A stretch of 63,986 bases of DNA, filler included, from Octopus bimaculoides (taxonomy: Eukaryota), in the NCBI RefSeq assembly GCF_001194135.2. It is 7 parts of 6 records of this genome, joined end to end, with 100 filler letters (N's around TTAATTAATTAA, not from the genome) between each part and the next. Parts side by side here need not be neighbours in the genome. Positions count along the whole stretch, not along the records: positions 1 to 19,891 come from NC_069008.1; 6 more parts are not named here. The stretch is one strand, 5' to 3'. Below the pieces are notes generated by a model, which saw nothing but the letters and a program-made list of their open reading frames with translations, searched no databases and was not told the origin of the DNA. Each line of letters starts with the position of its first letter. Position 1 is the stretch's first letter. A program made the position numbers and the translations under genes. Of the stretch, positions 1 through 12,519 are shown in pieces.

Positions 1-339
1 ATCAAGATATTTATACATTTTTGCATGTACATACATGTGTATATGCATGTGTGAACGTTTGTGTGTGCAAGCTAGTATGTGGTGGCAGGGTGGTGAGGGT
101 GGGTGGGGGTACATTACAAGGTCTAATTACCTCATAGCCTAAATTCAGTACTGTATTAAAAGTGCTAAGGTCAGGAGGCAGTCATGCAGACAAGGAGAGA
201 GGGAGAGAGAGAGGGGGGGTGAAAGAGAGAGAGAAAGAGAGGAAGGGAGAATGGCGGTGGGGTGGTATTTTCTTTCAATTTAGACTTTTGTATGACAATC
301 CTGCTAAGAAAAGAGCCAAAATAATGATGATGACGATGA

Positions 340-371
<32 letters not shown>

Positions 372-491
372 ATGATGATGATGATAACTGCTTTAAGTGA
401 CTGGTTGTTGCTTGGCAAGTATTTGATATTTAGCTCATATCAAATGAAAAATTAATAATGATAATAATAATAATAATAATAATAATAATAG

Positions 492-646
492 TCCTTTCTA
501 CTGCAGACACAAAGTCTGAAATTTGGAGGAGTTGGGGGTGGGGTCCAGTCATAATTGTTCAACCTTGGTTTGCGACAGGTACTTAATTTATCGACCCCGA
601 AAGGATGAGAGGCAAAGTCGGTGTGCAAACGATTCTGCCAGCTCAC
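492..646 (-). mobile_element. tRNA-derived SINE family A (core GCCTTTCATCCTTTCGGGGTCGATAAATTAAGTACC), partial copy
   Basis: Reverse complement matches the family A copy at 59561-59788 (tcgaccccgaaaggatgagaggcaaagtcg ... gattctgccagctcacc). Confidence 0.8.
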
Positions 647-763
647 CATCTTAGATAATNNNNNNNNNNNNNNNNNNNNNNNNNNNNNNNNNNNNNNNNN
701 NNNNNNNNNNNNNNNNNNNNNNNNNNNNNNNNNNNNNNNNNNNNNNNNNNNNNNNNNNNNNNN

Positions 764-1072
764 ACTTGAATGTGGAGTCTAAAAACAGAAACAGTTCCTA
801 TCATAGTAGGTGCCTTAGGTATAATAAAAAAATATTCAGACAAATACATAACAAAAACACCAGGACTTACAAATATATATAACATAGAGAAAATTGCACT
901 CCTGGGCAATGCACACATCCTACGCAAAACACTTTCAATACAGTAACCATAAGAGCATCACAGCAAACCACAGCACATACCCAAGGCGCACAGAGCTGCG
1001 CTCGGTAGTGAAGTGAAAGCATGTTATAAAAATAAAACTACTGAACAATAATAATAATAATAATAATAATAA
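764..1072 (+). mobile_element. R4/Dong-clade non-LTR retrotransposon 3' end with (AAT)n tail
   Basis: Translates as MWSLKTETVPIIVGALGIIKKY...IEKIALLGNAHILRKTLSIQ*, the typical C-terminus of RLE-type R4/Dong ORFs. A 3'UTR and (AAT)n follow. Confidence 0.8.
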
Positions 1073-1560
<488 letters not shown>

Positions 1561-1562
1561 AT

Positions 1563-1775
1563 CTTTTCTATTAAAGGTGTTAGGCCTGAAATTTGTGTTG
1601 AAGGGACTAGTTGATTACATTTGACTCCAGCGCATAACTGGTATTTATTTTATAGACCTCAAAAGGATGAAAGGCAAAGTCAACTTCAGCGGAATTTGAA
1701 CTTGGAATGTAAAGATGAATGAAATACCAGTCAAGATTTTTGTTGAGTGAGCTAACGAGTCTGTTGGCTCCACCA
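1563..1775 (-). mobile_element. SINE family A, diverged copy
   Basis: aaaggatgaaaggcaaagtcaacttcagcggaatttgaact core. Confidence 0.75.
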
Positions 1776-1782
1776 TCTCATT

Positions 1783-1973
1783 AACAATAATAATAATAAT
1801 AGTGATGATGACGATGATGTCGATGACAAGAATAATGATAATAGTCTGCAGTGGCTTATGTTAAAAGTAAGTGGTTAAAACAACAGAAATAGATGGAAGG
1901 GTGATGAAGGTGATGATGATGATGATGATGATGACGATGATGATGATGACGATGATGATGACGATGTTGATGA

Positions 1974-2007
<34 letters not shown>

Positions 2008-2445
2008 GGTGGCAACAGCGATGACGACAACGACGATGGCTTCAGTGACGATGATGATGATGGTGATGACGACGATGATGACGATGATGACGATGACGAC
2101 GACTACAATGACAATGATGACAAGGAAACGGTGTTAATGATGTTGGTGGTNNNNNNNNNNNNNNNNNNNNNNNNNNNNNNNNNNNNNNNNNNNNNNNNNN
2201 NNNNNNNNNNNNNNNNNNNNNNNNNNNNNNNNNNNNNNNNNNNNNNNNNNNNNNNNNNNNNNNNNNNNNNNNNNNNNNNNNNNNNNNNNNNNNNNNNNNN
2301 NNNNNNNNNNNNNNNNNNNNNNNNNNNNNNNNNNNNNNNNNNNNNNNNNNNNNNNNNNNNNNNNNNNNNNNNNNNNNNNNNNNNNNNNNNNNNNNNNNNG
2401 ACGACGACAACGACGATGGCTTCAGTGACGATGATGATGATGAAG
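1783..2445. repeat. (GAT/GAC/GGT)n compound microsatellite spanning a gap
   Basis: Directly visible; source of the poly-Met and poly-Thr ORFs. Confidence 0.9.
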
Positions 2446-2629
2446 GGGGGAGGAGGAGGAAGAGGAGAGGTGGGGGAGAGGATGGGAAGAAGGTTGTAGA
2501 CGTTGGTGATGGTCCTGTGGTGGGTAGCAAGTTTGCTTAAGAAGAAGCTGGCATACAACAACAACAACAACAACAACAACAGCAACAACAACAGCAACAG
2601 GAACAAGCCTCTACAGCACTTATCAGTTT

Positions 2630-2780
2630 GCTAGAACTAGCAGCCAAGTTGTCTACATACCGTTCCTAATAAAAGAAACAACACATTGGATAATGTATAT
2701 CCGTGATATGCCTTAAGAAAAAGGGTGGATAGTCATGGCTGGAATGCCTATGATTGTAGATCAGCTTGAATCAGGCTTAA
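2630..2780 (+). mobile_element. SINE family D fragment (family ends ...GGGCTGACCTGGGGCTAAACAACAAC)
   Basis: ggataatgta...gatagtcatggctggaatgcctatgat matches the array unit at 11290-12470 and copies at 28915 and 41680. Confidence 0.55.
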
Positions 2781-2904
2781 TCTTTTTGATATCAACCCAC
2801 CGGACACTGACCCCTGGTCCTATGACACAAACTTCCTGTTTAAAAGTGATCTAAATTAAAACCTACCACTCTACAGGGGGTACTTGGTGCCTACAGCAAT
2901 TTCA

Positions 2905-3082
2905 GGGCATGGGTTAAGTTGATTCTATTGACCCCAGTGTGTAGCTGGTACCTATCTTATCAACCCCAAAAAGATGAAAGGCAAAGGTGACTTTGGTGGA
3001 ATTTGAACTTAGAATCCAAGGTCAGACGTGATGCCACCAAGCCCTTTGCCCAGCATGCTAACGGTTCTGTCAGCTCACCACT
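2905..3082 (-). mobile_element. SINE family A copy
   Basis: aaagatgaaaggcaaaggtgactttggtggaatttgaact ... ctgtcagctcacc. Confidence 0.75.
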
Positions 3083-3093
3083 TAATGATAATA

Positions 3094-3452
3094 ATAATAA
3101 TAATAATAAATGCCCTGATGCAGTACCAGGCAGTGGCTCTCATGGCGTCTGATCTTAACTGATTGGAAGTGTTATCATGTACATTGTTCTGTCTTGGTAT
3201 AAAAGATGGGCTACAGCAAATATTCTGCTTAATACCACAGATTTGCTTGTCAGTTGTTTGACCTTAACCAGTTGAGCATGTCCGTTGGTGGCTGACGATA
3301 TGTGCATCTCTGATCATGAGCAGAAGTAGTGGGGGAGCATCATAGCCATGTACTGAGAGGAATTCTTTGGGGTTTGAATAATTCACCTTTGGAAACATGG
3401 GTGTTTTGTTCAACATCCTTAAACAAACCTTATTCAAGGACCTTTTGAGCAG
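3094..3452 (-). mobile_element. Unclassified retroposon family F with (ATT)n tail
   Basis: Near-identical to 9495-9660 (ccacagatttgcttgtcagttgtttgaccttaaccagttgag...). Its minus-strand 3' end runs into (ATT)n. Confidence 0.65.
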
Positions 3453-4208
3453 NNNNNNNNNNNNNNNNNNNNNNNNNNNNNNNNNNNNNNNNNNNNNNNN
3501 NNNNNNNNNNNNNNNNNNNNNNNNNNNNNNNNNNNNNNNNNNNNNNNNNNNNNNNNNNNNNNNNNNNNNNNNNNNNNNNNNNNNNNNNNNNNNNNNNNNN
3601 NNNNNNNNNNNNNNNNNNNNNNNNNNNNNNNNNNNNNNNNNNNNNNNNNNNNNNNNNNNNNNNNNNNNNNNNNNNNNNNNNNNNNNNNNNNNNNNNNNNN
3701 NNNNNNNNNNNNNNNNNNNNNNNNNNNNNNNNNNNNNNNNNNNNNNNNNNNNNNNNNNNNNNNNNNNNNNNNNNNNNNNNNNNNNNNNNNNNNNNNNNNN
3801 NNNNNNNNNNNNNNNNNNNNNNNNNNNNNNNNNNNNNNNNNNNNNNNNNNNNNNNNNNNNNNNNNNNNNNNNNNNNNNNNNNNNNNNNNNNNNNNNNNNN
3901 NNNNNNNNNNNNNNNNNNNNNNNNNNNNNNNNNNNNNNNNNNNNNNNNNNNNNNNNNNNNNNNNNNNNNNNNNNNNNNNNNNNNNNNNNNNNNNNNNNNN
4001 NNNNNNNNNNNNNNNNNNNNNNNNNNNNNNNNNNNNNNNNNNNNNNNNNNNNNNNNNNNNNNNNNNNNNNNNNNNNNNNNNNNNNNNNNNNNNNNNNNNN
4101 NNNNNNNNNNNNNNNNNNNNNNNNNNNNCTTTACCCTTTTATCCTTTTTTTGCAATGATCAAAGGGGGTCTCAGCATATAGGTATCTGATATTTTCTGTT
4201 TTTTAAGG

Positions 4209-4418
4209 TGCCAAGCTGTCAGAAACATTAGCACACCGGGCGAAATGCTTAGTGGTATTTCGTCTGTCTTTACATTCTGAGTTCAAATTCTGCTGAGGTC
4301 AACTTTGCCTTTCATCCTTTAAGAGATGATAAATTAAGTACCAGTTGCATACTGGGGTCGATCTAATCAACTGCCCCCCTCCCCAAAAATTTCGGGCCTT
4401 GTCCCTAGAGTAGAGAAA
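4209..4418 (+). mobile_element. SINE family A, near full length
   Basis: tgccaagctgtcagaaacattagcac head, gagttcaaattc B-box-like motif, core and ccttgtccctagagtag tail. Confidence 0.85.
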
Positions 4419-4924
4419 AAAAATGTTTTTTCGTTTGCTGTCTTGTTATTTAATCCTGAAAATATATATAGACATACAAAAGACAGCAGGTTATGAATTG
4501 AAGTAGATATAGTTGTTATTTCTAGCATATCTATCTACCATGTAGTAGTCTCGCTCATTGATTTGTGCATACCTATATACATAGATAAGACAGTCGTATT
4601 TGATTTGAGAGAGATTTGACTACTATTTTGAACAGGTCTAGTTATAATGTATGGATCTCTTTCAATGGATTCTACATGCATACATGCATACATACATACA
4701 TACATGCGTGCATGCACAGGACACTAATGATGTGATTTGAGGGAGATTTGGCTACTAATTCTCTCTGGTCAAGCAAAACGAAAACAAGTTCTACAACATG
4801 ATAAACCATTCTTTGTTTTGTAAATCCCCATGATGTAAGTACACATGAGCTTACCCCATTTTCAAACATGCAAGCCAATGTAGTACACAGTGTAAACATG
4901 TGGTGTAAACATGTGTCCTTTTAT

Positions 4925-5145
4925 TTTTTTTTATGCTTTCATTTGTTTCAGTCGATTTTCACCGCGGCCATGCTGGAGCAAGGCCTTTTAGTCAAAAGAA
5001 ATCAACCCCAGGACATATTCTTTTGTAAGTGTGGAACTTATTCTACCGGATCTCTTTTGCTGAACCGCTAGGTTACGGGGATGTAAACACATCAACATTG
5101 ATAGTCAAGTGATGGTGGTGGGGGACAAACACAGACACAAAGACA
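4925..5145 (-). mobile_element. SINE family B, 3' half
   Basis: ttgtttcagtc...gcggccatgctggagca...gctaggttacggggatgtaaacac matches the tail of the copy at 8579-8965. Confidence 0.8.
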
Positions 5146-5944
5146 CACAGAGAAATATACACACATACACACATACACACATACATACATAATTCACCGT
5201 TTCGTTTTCCTGTCTTGTTTTCCGTCCGCCACTACCCTCCGCGAAAACAATTTAATTTGTGTTCGTGGGAAGAACCATTTTAACGATGCGTACTGCCTTA
5301 ATTCTTCGAAACGCCAGAGTTTTAATGGTGGCAGCTGATGAAGGGGATGTTTCTATGTGGCCTGCTTGTTTGTTGCACCTTGTTTACCATTTTGTCCTTG
5401 TTCTTTTGCCACGTCATGTATCCAGTTATGTATCTATATGTACATGTAGATGAACGTATATACATACATGTACATATATATGCATATACTCATATATTGT
5501 TTATNNNNNNNNNNNNNNNNNNNNNNNNNNNNNNNNNNNNNNNNNNNNNNNNNNNNNNNNNNNNNNNNNNNNNNNNNNNNNNNNNNNNNNNNNNNNNNNN
5601 NNNNNNNNNNNNNNNNNNNNNNNNNNNNNNNNNTATATATATAGGTAGTGGGGCTCTGAAAGGGGTCTCAGGGAATAGCATTCCTGCCTTGCTGAGCTAG
5701 TTTTCCACCACATTTCTTAAAACTCGTGGTAGAGGCCTTGGTCTCGGGACCACTCATGTCTAGAAACAGAGGTTGGGGGGTAAGCAAGGGCATGCTCCCT
5801 GTAGAAGATCCAACTCCAAAAAAGCCCCAAGATAGGAAAGAAGAATGGGCACCAGCCAGCCCAGGGGTTGGGATGGGTTGCACCTGCCAGCCTCGGTTGC
5901 TATGGCATTGAGGTTGATCTGGCCACTCCCACTAATGCAAACAA

Positions 5945-6302
5945 AACCCGGAGAGGGTCAGTCGATTAGATCGACCCCAGTACACAACTGCTACTACCCC
6001 CCCAAAAGGATGAAAGGTAAATTCAACCCTGGTGGAATTTGAACTCAGAATGTAAAGACATACGAAATACCTATTTCTTTACTGCCCACAAGGGGCTACA
6101 CACAGAGGGGACAAACAAGGACAGACAAACGGATTAAGTCGATTATATCGACCCCAGTGCGTAACTGGTACTTAATTTATCGACCCTGAAAGGATGAAAG
6201 GCAAAGTCGACCCTGGCGGAATTTGAACTCAGAACGCAGTGGCAGACGAAATACCGCTAAGCATTTCGTCCAGCGTGCTAACGCTTCTGCCAGCTCACCG
6301 CT
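5945..6302 (-). mobile_element. Two tandem SINE family A copies
   Basis: The core aaggatgaaagg..aaa..cgaccc..ggaatttgaactcagaa occurs twice (about 6005 and 6190). The second copy is young and intact. Confidence 0.9.
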
Positions 6303-6332
6303 TTATCAAAAGTAAATATTGCATTGACCATT

Positions 6333-6480
6333 TGGTGTGTGAGTGTGGATTAGTGGATAGGGTGTTTAGTTCATGATCATGATGACGTAGGTTCGATTCC
6401 TAGTCTGAGTAGCACATTGTGCCCTTAAGCAAGACTCTTCATCTGATATTGCTCCAGTTTCCTTAGTTGTAAATAAGTGC
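6333..6480 (+). mobile_element. tRNA-head CORE-like SINE 5' part
   Basis: B box ggttcgattcc followed by gtgcccttaagcaagactcttcatc..ttgctccagt, a CORE-domain-like motif. Confidence 0.6.
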
Positions 6481-6691
6481 TCCAACCAAACACTGATAAT
6501 ACAGCTCTCTCACTCCCTCTCTCTCTCTGTCTGTCTGTCTGTCACTCCCTCTCTCTCTCTCTCACTCCATCTCTTTCTCTTTCTCATTACCTTTGTCTCT
6601 CTCTCTCACTCTTTCTTACTCCCTCTCTTTCTCCATCCCTTTGAATCTCTCTCTCTCTCTTTCTCACATCCCCTCTGTCTTTCTCTCCCTG

Positions 6692-6723
<32 letters not shown>

Positions 6724-7409
6724 CCTCCTCTCTCTTTCTCTCTCTCCCTCTTCTCTCTCTGTATTTCTCTCCCCCTCTCTCCCTGTCTCTCTCTCCTCTC
6801 TCTTTCTCTCTCCTTCTCACTCTTCCTCCTCTCTCTCTCCCTCTCTCTCTCTCTCTCCTTTTCTCTCCCTCTCTCCTTTTCTCTCCCTCTCTCCCTCCTC
6901 CTCCTCCTCTCTCTCTCTCTCTCTCACCCCCAGCTGTGACATTCTGGGTCAGGGATGCAAGTATCTCCCTGACCCCACCCAGCAGCACATCCAGAACAAG
7001 ACAGCTGCATTGAGAAGAAAAGAGAGAGAGAGAGGGAGAAAGAGAGAGAGAGAGAGGGAGAAAGAGAGAGAGAGAGAGGGAGAAAGAGAGAGAGGGAGAA
7101 AGAGAGAGAGAGAGGGAGAAAGAGAGAGAGAGAGAGAGGGAGAAAGAGAGAGAGAGAGAGGGAGAAAGAGAGAGAGAGAGAGAGAGAAACAGAGACAGAC
7201 TGAGGGAGACACAAAGATGGAGGAAGAGAGATAAGGCATCCATGTTTGCTCATGACAACATATGTACCTCAATCAATTTTCAAAATGTGGTACATGTTAC
7301 CTACTCAACCCTAACCCTAACCCTAACCCTAACCACGTCCTACTCAATCATCAATGACAGCTAGCTGTACTTTTAGATATCATGTTATGCATGGGCAATA
7401 TCGGCATTA

Positions 7410-7545
7410 AATGAACACCACATGGTCCTGGGTTCAATTCCACTGCATAGCACCTTGGACAAGTTTCCCCCCAATTATAGCCCTAGGCTGACCAAAGCTT
7501 TGTGAGTGAATTTGATAGATAGAAACTGAAAGGAAGCTCATCATT
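7410..7545 (+). mobile_element. SINE family B 5' half
   Basis: cacatggtcctgggttcaattccactgc...gaccaaagctttgtgagtgaatttgatagatagaaactgaaaggaagc. Confidence 0.8.
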
Positions 7546-7547
7546 TA

Positions 7548-7607
<60 letters not shown>

Positions 7608-7659
7608 AATACATACACATACATACATATACACACACATATATGTGTGTGTGTGTGTA

Positions 7660-7700
<41 letters not shown>

Positions 7701-7730
7701 ATGTATGTATATATACATATACATACATAC

Positions 7731-7930
7731 ATCGTGCGGGTGACACGTAAAAGCACCCACTACACTCTCTGAGTGGTTGGCGTTAGGAAGGGCATCCAGC
7801 TGTAGAAACTCTGCCAAATCAGACTGGAGCCTGGTGCAGCCATCTGGTTTCACCAGTCCTCAGTCAAATCGTCCAACCCATGCTAGCATGGAAAGCGGAC
7901 GTTAAACGATGATGATGATGATGATGATGA
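7731..7930 (+). mobile_element. SINE family C (V-domain-like GGAAGGGCATCC core, RTE-type 3' end, (GAT)n tail)
   Basis: ggttggcgttaggaagggcatccagctgtagaaac ... ccaacccatgctagcatggaaagcggacgttaaacgatgatgat. Confidence 0.85.
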
Positions 7931-8578
7931 TATACATATATATATATATATATATATACATACAGATATAGGGCAGGGAATCGTCGATTAGTAATAAAAT
8001 TAATAATTAACAATTTTGCCAAGTAGTTCAGTATGAAAAACCTTTATCGGTAAAACCATTTATAATCATAGATATACATATGTTGGAGAAGCAACTCAAG
8101 CTAATCCCTGTATATATATATACATATATAGTTTTAGGGAAAAGAACCAAGGTTCATGAACTCATCATAAATACATACACATACGTACATACATATACAC
8201 ACACATATATATGAGTGTGCTTGTGTGTCAGTCTGTCTGTTTGTCTACCACCAGTGTTTGGTGTGTTTACATCATCAAGGAAACGCTAAAGTTTAGTACT
8301 CCAGTATGGGCTGGAGATAGTTAAAGAATACAGTTACCATAGTAACGTCATCCCCTTATCAGAAATCGGTGCAACAAAATTAAAAATTTTTTTCCTTGTC
8401 TTTGGTCAGTAAATGTCCTTTCCTATTTGTTTCTATCTTGAAATCAAAGGAAATCACTACAACACCCTTCAAATTAAGCTTTTGCCACCTGGACATCTCA
8501 ATGTTTTGAAACTGACCTATTTTCCCATTACATTTCGGACAAATTCAGCACTGAGTTGCTGAAGCAGAAATATCATTA

Positions 8579-8786
8579 CTCTCTTTTACTCTTTTACTTG
8601 TTCCAGTCATTTGACTGCGACCATGCTGGAGCACCACCTTTTAGTCGAGCAAATCGACCCCAGGACTTATTCTTTGGAAGCCTAGTACTTATTCTATCGG
8701 TCTCTTTTTGCCAAACCGCTAAGTTACGGGGACGTAAACACACCAGCATCGGTTGTCAAGTGATGCTTGGGGGTGGACAAACACAG

Positions 8787-8817
<31 letters not shown>

Positions 8818-8965
8818 CGACGGGCTTCTTTCAGTTTCCGTCTACTCACATGGCTTTGGTCGGCCCGAGGCTATAGTAGAAGACAAGGTGCCACGCAGTG
8901 GGAATGAACCCGGAAGCATGTGGTTGGTAAGCAAGCTACTTACCACACAGCCACTCCTGTGCCTA
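8579..8965 (-). mobile_element. SINE family B, full length (tRNA head, Nin/Deu-like central domain, internal CA/TA microsatellite, TAAAAGAG tail)
   Basis: Minus strand reads gcacaggagtggctgtgtggtaagtagc ... ggaaactgaaagaagcccgtcg ... caaatgactggaacaagtaaaagagtaaaagag. The domain name is inferred from memory. Confidence 0.9.
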
Positions 8966-9111
8966 TATTCTNNNNNNNNNNNNNNNNNNNNNNNNNNNNN
9001 NNNNNNNNNNNNNNNNNNNNNNNNNNNNNNNNNNNNNNNNNNNNNNNNNNNNNNNNNNNNNNNNNNNNNNNNNNNNNNNNNNNNNNNNNNNNNNNNNNNN
9101 NNNNNNNNNNN

Positions 9112-9317
9112 CTCTTTTACTCTTTTACTTGTTCCAGTCATTTGACTGCGACCATGCTGGAGCACCACCTTTTAGTCGAGCAAATCGACCCCAGGACTTA
9201 TTCTTTGGAAGCCTAGTACTTATTCTATCGGTCTCTTTTTGCCAAACCGCTAAGTTACGGGGACGTAAACACACCAGCATCGGTTGTCAAGTGATGCTTG
9301 GGGGTGGACAAACACAG

Positions 9318-9348
<31 letters not shown>

Positions 9349-9495
9349 CGACGGGCTTCTTTCAGTTTCCGTCTACTCACATGGCTTTGGTCGGCCCGAG
9401 GCTATAGTAGAAGACAAGGTGCCACGCAGTGGGAATGAACCCGGAAGCATGTGGTTGGTAAGCAAGCTACTTACCACACAGCCACTCCTGTGCCT
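9112..9495 (-). mobile_element. SINE family B, apparently exact duplicate of 8579-8965
   Basis: Same sequence, including microsatellite lengths, on the far side of an N gap. Confidence 0.85.
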
Positions 9496-10559
9496 ATATT
9501 CTGCTCAATATCACAGATTTGCTTGTTAGTTCTTTGACCTTAACCAGTTGAGTATGTCTCTTAGTGGCCGACAATATGTGCATCCCTGATCACAAGTAGG
9601 AGTAATGGTGGAGCCTCATAGCTATGTCTTAAGAGAGATTCTTTGGGGTTTGAATAAATGTAACAAAAGTAAAATTTAAGGGAACTATTAGCCATTTCTC
9701 ATACTTCCTAGGGGTTAAGCAAATAAGAAATAACAGTTGTTACCCAAGGACAAAAATCATGTTACACAATGTTACACTCAGCTCACACATCTCACCACCT
9801 ATCAACTGATAATGTTACATATCTCAGTGTGACTTCATACTGCCATAAATTATATAATGTCATATGGTGGTGTTACATGTAACATAGCAATGTCACAGAT
9901 TAATATGCACTAGTTTGTATGTGTCATAAATCAAAATAGTTGTGTCATGAATTAAAATGGCTTTGTCATAATTAGGACATGTGACTTGTCTGTGTCACAA
10001 ATTAAATTAGAAAAGCACTCGGAGAGCGCAGACCTCCGCCAAGCAGCTCGTTCCACCCATATACACATATGCTGAAAATCGCCCAATTTCCCAAACCAAC
10101 GCCGGCAAAAACATAACCTCCTCCTATACTTATCTTGACCATCGTCATCATCAACATTGTCTCTGCTTTCACCACAATCACCGTCAAAGCTATGATCACC
10201 ACAGTTTCTTTACACAGATGAAAATCCATTATCCGATACTCACAGGACCGAGGTTGTTGCAGATTTTTGATTTTTATAATTTCAGAGTGCTTTATTAAAA
10301 AAAAAAAAAAGAAATTGCATCTACAAAACGGAACAGTTTGAGGATAGAAACCAGGTCTAAACACAATAGCTTATAGACATACTCTGAATGTAGTTCTATA
10401 TAAATCTTTGATAATTGTTTTTATACTTAAGACCATCAGAAATGTTAAGATATCAGCCTATACCCATGTTGTCATGCTTTGATTAATAGGTTTACAGCAT
10501 AGATTAGATTACTGAGATAAGTTTCGGCCGAAGTTGACTCAGGCCATGTCTAATTTAAC

Positions 10560-10985
10560 AGCACCACCTGGAAGAGATACATAGTCAGCTCTGGGGAACC
10601 GCAGCTCATTCAAGCAGAGGGTTATTGTTTTCAGAGACATATCTGGGTGTGGGTGGCTTATCTGGTATTTGTTGGGGGTAATCATCTAGGGATCATTTGA
10701 ATGCTGTGAAGTCATTTTCCTCCTTTACGTGTGTCTCGCACGATGTTGAAGAGAGCAGGGCCAATTGAGGTGGAATAGTTCTGTCATGGTGTTGTGAGAT
10801 GACACGAACATTTCTGTAGTGGACGGATGGCATGGGGGCCAAGCCTTGGACGAATTTTAAAGATGGGCAATGTTGATGGAAAATTTTCCACATCATACAG
10901 ATGATATAGAGCTCACAGTGGCGGTGGAGGGAGCAAAGCCTGAGCTTTTTGAGTCGATCCCAATAGTCAAGGCTTGTCATGTCAT
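10560..10985 (-). mobile_element. CR1-like LINE 3' fragment
   Basis: Translates as MTSLDYWDRLKKLRLCSLHR..YIICMMWKIFHQHCP...IGPALFNIV...AFKxSLDDYPQQIPDKPPTPRYVSENNNPLLEW, a typical CR1 ORF2 C-terminus. Confidence 0.8.
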
Positions 10986-11289
10986 CCTCCGCCAAGCAGC
11001 TCATTTTAAGATAGATACGCAAGTAAAATTACTAACAGAGAAACGAAAATAAACTTTGGAAACAGCAACGCCACCATAGGTTACGTGGAAATGATGAATG
11101 TGTTTTCAAGGGAGATAATCAAAGAATGTAACATTGTAATACTTCAAGTAAAGTAAATATAACACATGAAAAATCCTTCAAGAATCCATACAAGTTTCCG
11201 GATCCCTACCAAAATTTCATCATCTGTTCCTTGTGTCATTACCAACTTTTCCTGCAAGTTTCATCAAATACTGTTCACAACGTTTTGAG

Positions 11290-12470
11290 GGGTTGACCTA
11301 GGGCTAAATAACAACAAGAAATAGGAACGCACATGTATATTAGACAGTGTAGTCCTAGATATGCAATGTTTGAATAAAAGACGGGATGGTCACAACTGGA
11401 ACGCCTTTGATCATTAGTCTGTAGGGTCAGGGACTGACCAGAGGCTGACCAGGGGTTAGTCGACAATTCCTATGAGGCAGGCTACATTGTTTGAATAAAA
11501 AAAAACAGGAGGGTCACAACTGGAATGCTTTTGATCATAGATCTACAGGATCAGGGGTTGACCTGGGGCTAAACAACACCTGCTACAAAGAAAGGCACAT
11601 TAAATAGTGTAGTCCTAGATATACAATGCCTGAATGAAAGACAGGATGATCACAACTGGAATATCTATGATTGCAGAGGCTGACCTGGAGTTAAACAAGA
11701 AAGAGCACATTAGGTAACATAGTCCTAGATACACTATGCCAGACTTCAGACAGGGTGGCCACAGATGGAACACCATTGATCATAAGTCTGCTGGAAAAGT
11801 GGCAGATTTGGAGATAAACAAGGCAGAGTACACTGGATAATGTAGTCCTTGATACACCTATACAATGTCTCTATAAAAGGCGGGATGGTCACAGGCTGAA
11901 CGTCTACTGCAACAGGACCGACCTGTGGCTAAATAACAGCAACAACAACAAAAGACACATCAGATAATGTAGTCCTAGATACACTTGTACACAGTCTGTA
12001 TAAAAAGACAGGATGGTCACAGACGGAAGGCCTGCTGTAACAGGGTTGGCCTGGAATGAAACGACAAGGAGGGGTACATAGGACAATGTAGTCNNNNNNN
12101 NNNTGTATAAAAAGACAGGATGGTCACAGACGGAAGGCCTGCTGTAACAGGGTTGGCCTGGAATGAAACGACAAGGAGGGGTACATAGGACAATGTAGTC
12201 CTAGATACACTTGTACACAGTCTGTATAAAAGGCAGGATGGTCACAGACGGAAGGCCTGCTGTAACAGGGTTGGCCTGGAATGAAACGACAAGGAGGGGT
12301 ACATAGGACAATGTAGTCCTAGATACACTTATACACAGTCTGTATAAAAGGCGGGATGGTCACGGACAGAAAGCCTACTATGGCGAGACTGGCCTGGAGT
12401 TAAATAACAACAGCAGCAAAAAATAAACAAGGTTTACATTAATTGATGTAGTCCTAGATACACTTATACA
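11290..12470 (+). repeat. Tandem array of ~10 units (~110-119 bp) derived from the SINE family D 3' region
   Basis: Recurrent tgtagtcctagatacac...aaaagacaggatggtcac...gacctggggctaaac. Unit starts at 11997, 12104, 12223 and 12341. Confidence 0.85.
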
Positions 12471-12519
12471 ACATCTCCATAAACTATGGTATAATAGGCT
12501 CCCCCCCCTCTCTCTCTCT

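Noticed and set aside
1871-2606. Poly-Met, poly-Thr and poly-Leu ORFs (also 162-455, 36639-36837, 49489-49707, 58352-58787)
   Set aside because: They are translations of trinucleotide microsatellites, which lack stops by construction, and have no splice or homology support.
5645-5930. GC-richer segment with small ORFs (similarly 36715-37310)
   Set aside because: It looks like non-coding retroelement UTR sequence, but I could not assign a family or show coding potential.
11290-12470. CRISPR-like or retrozyme array
   Set aside because: There is no repeat-unique spacer alternation, the context is eukaryotic, and the unit has no CUGANGA/GAAA hammerhead core.
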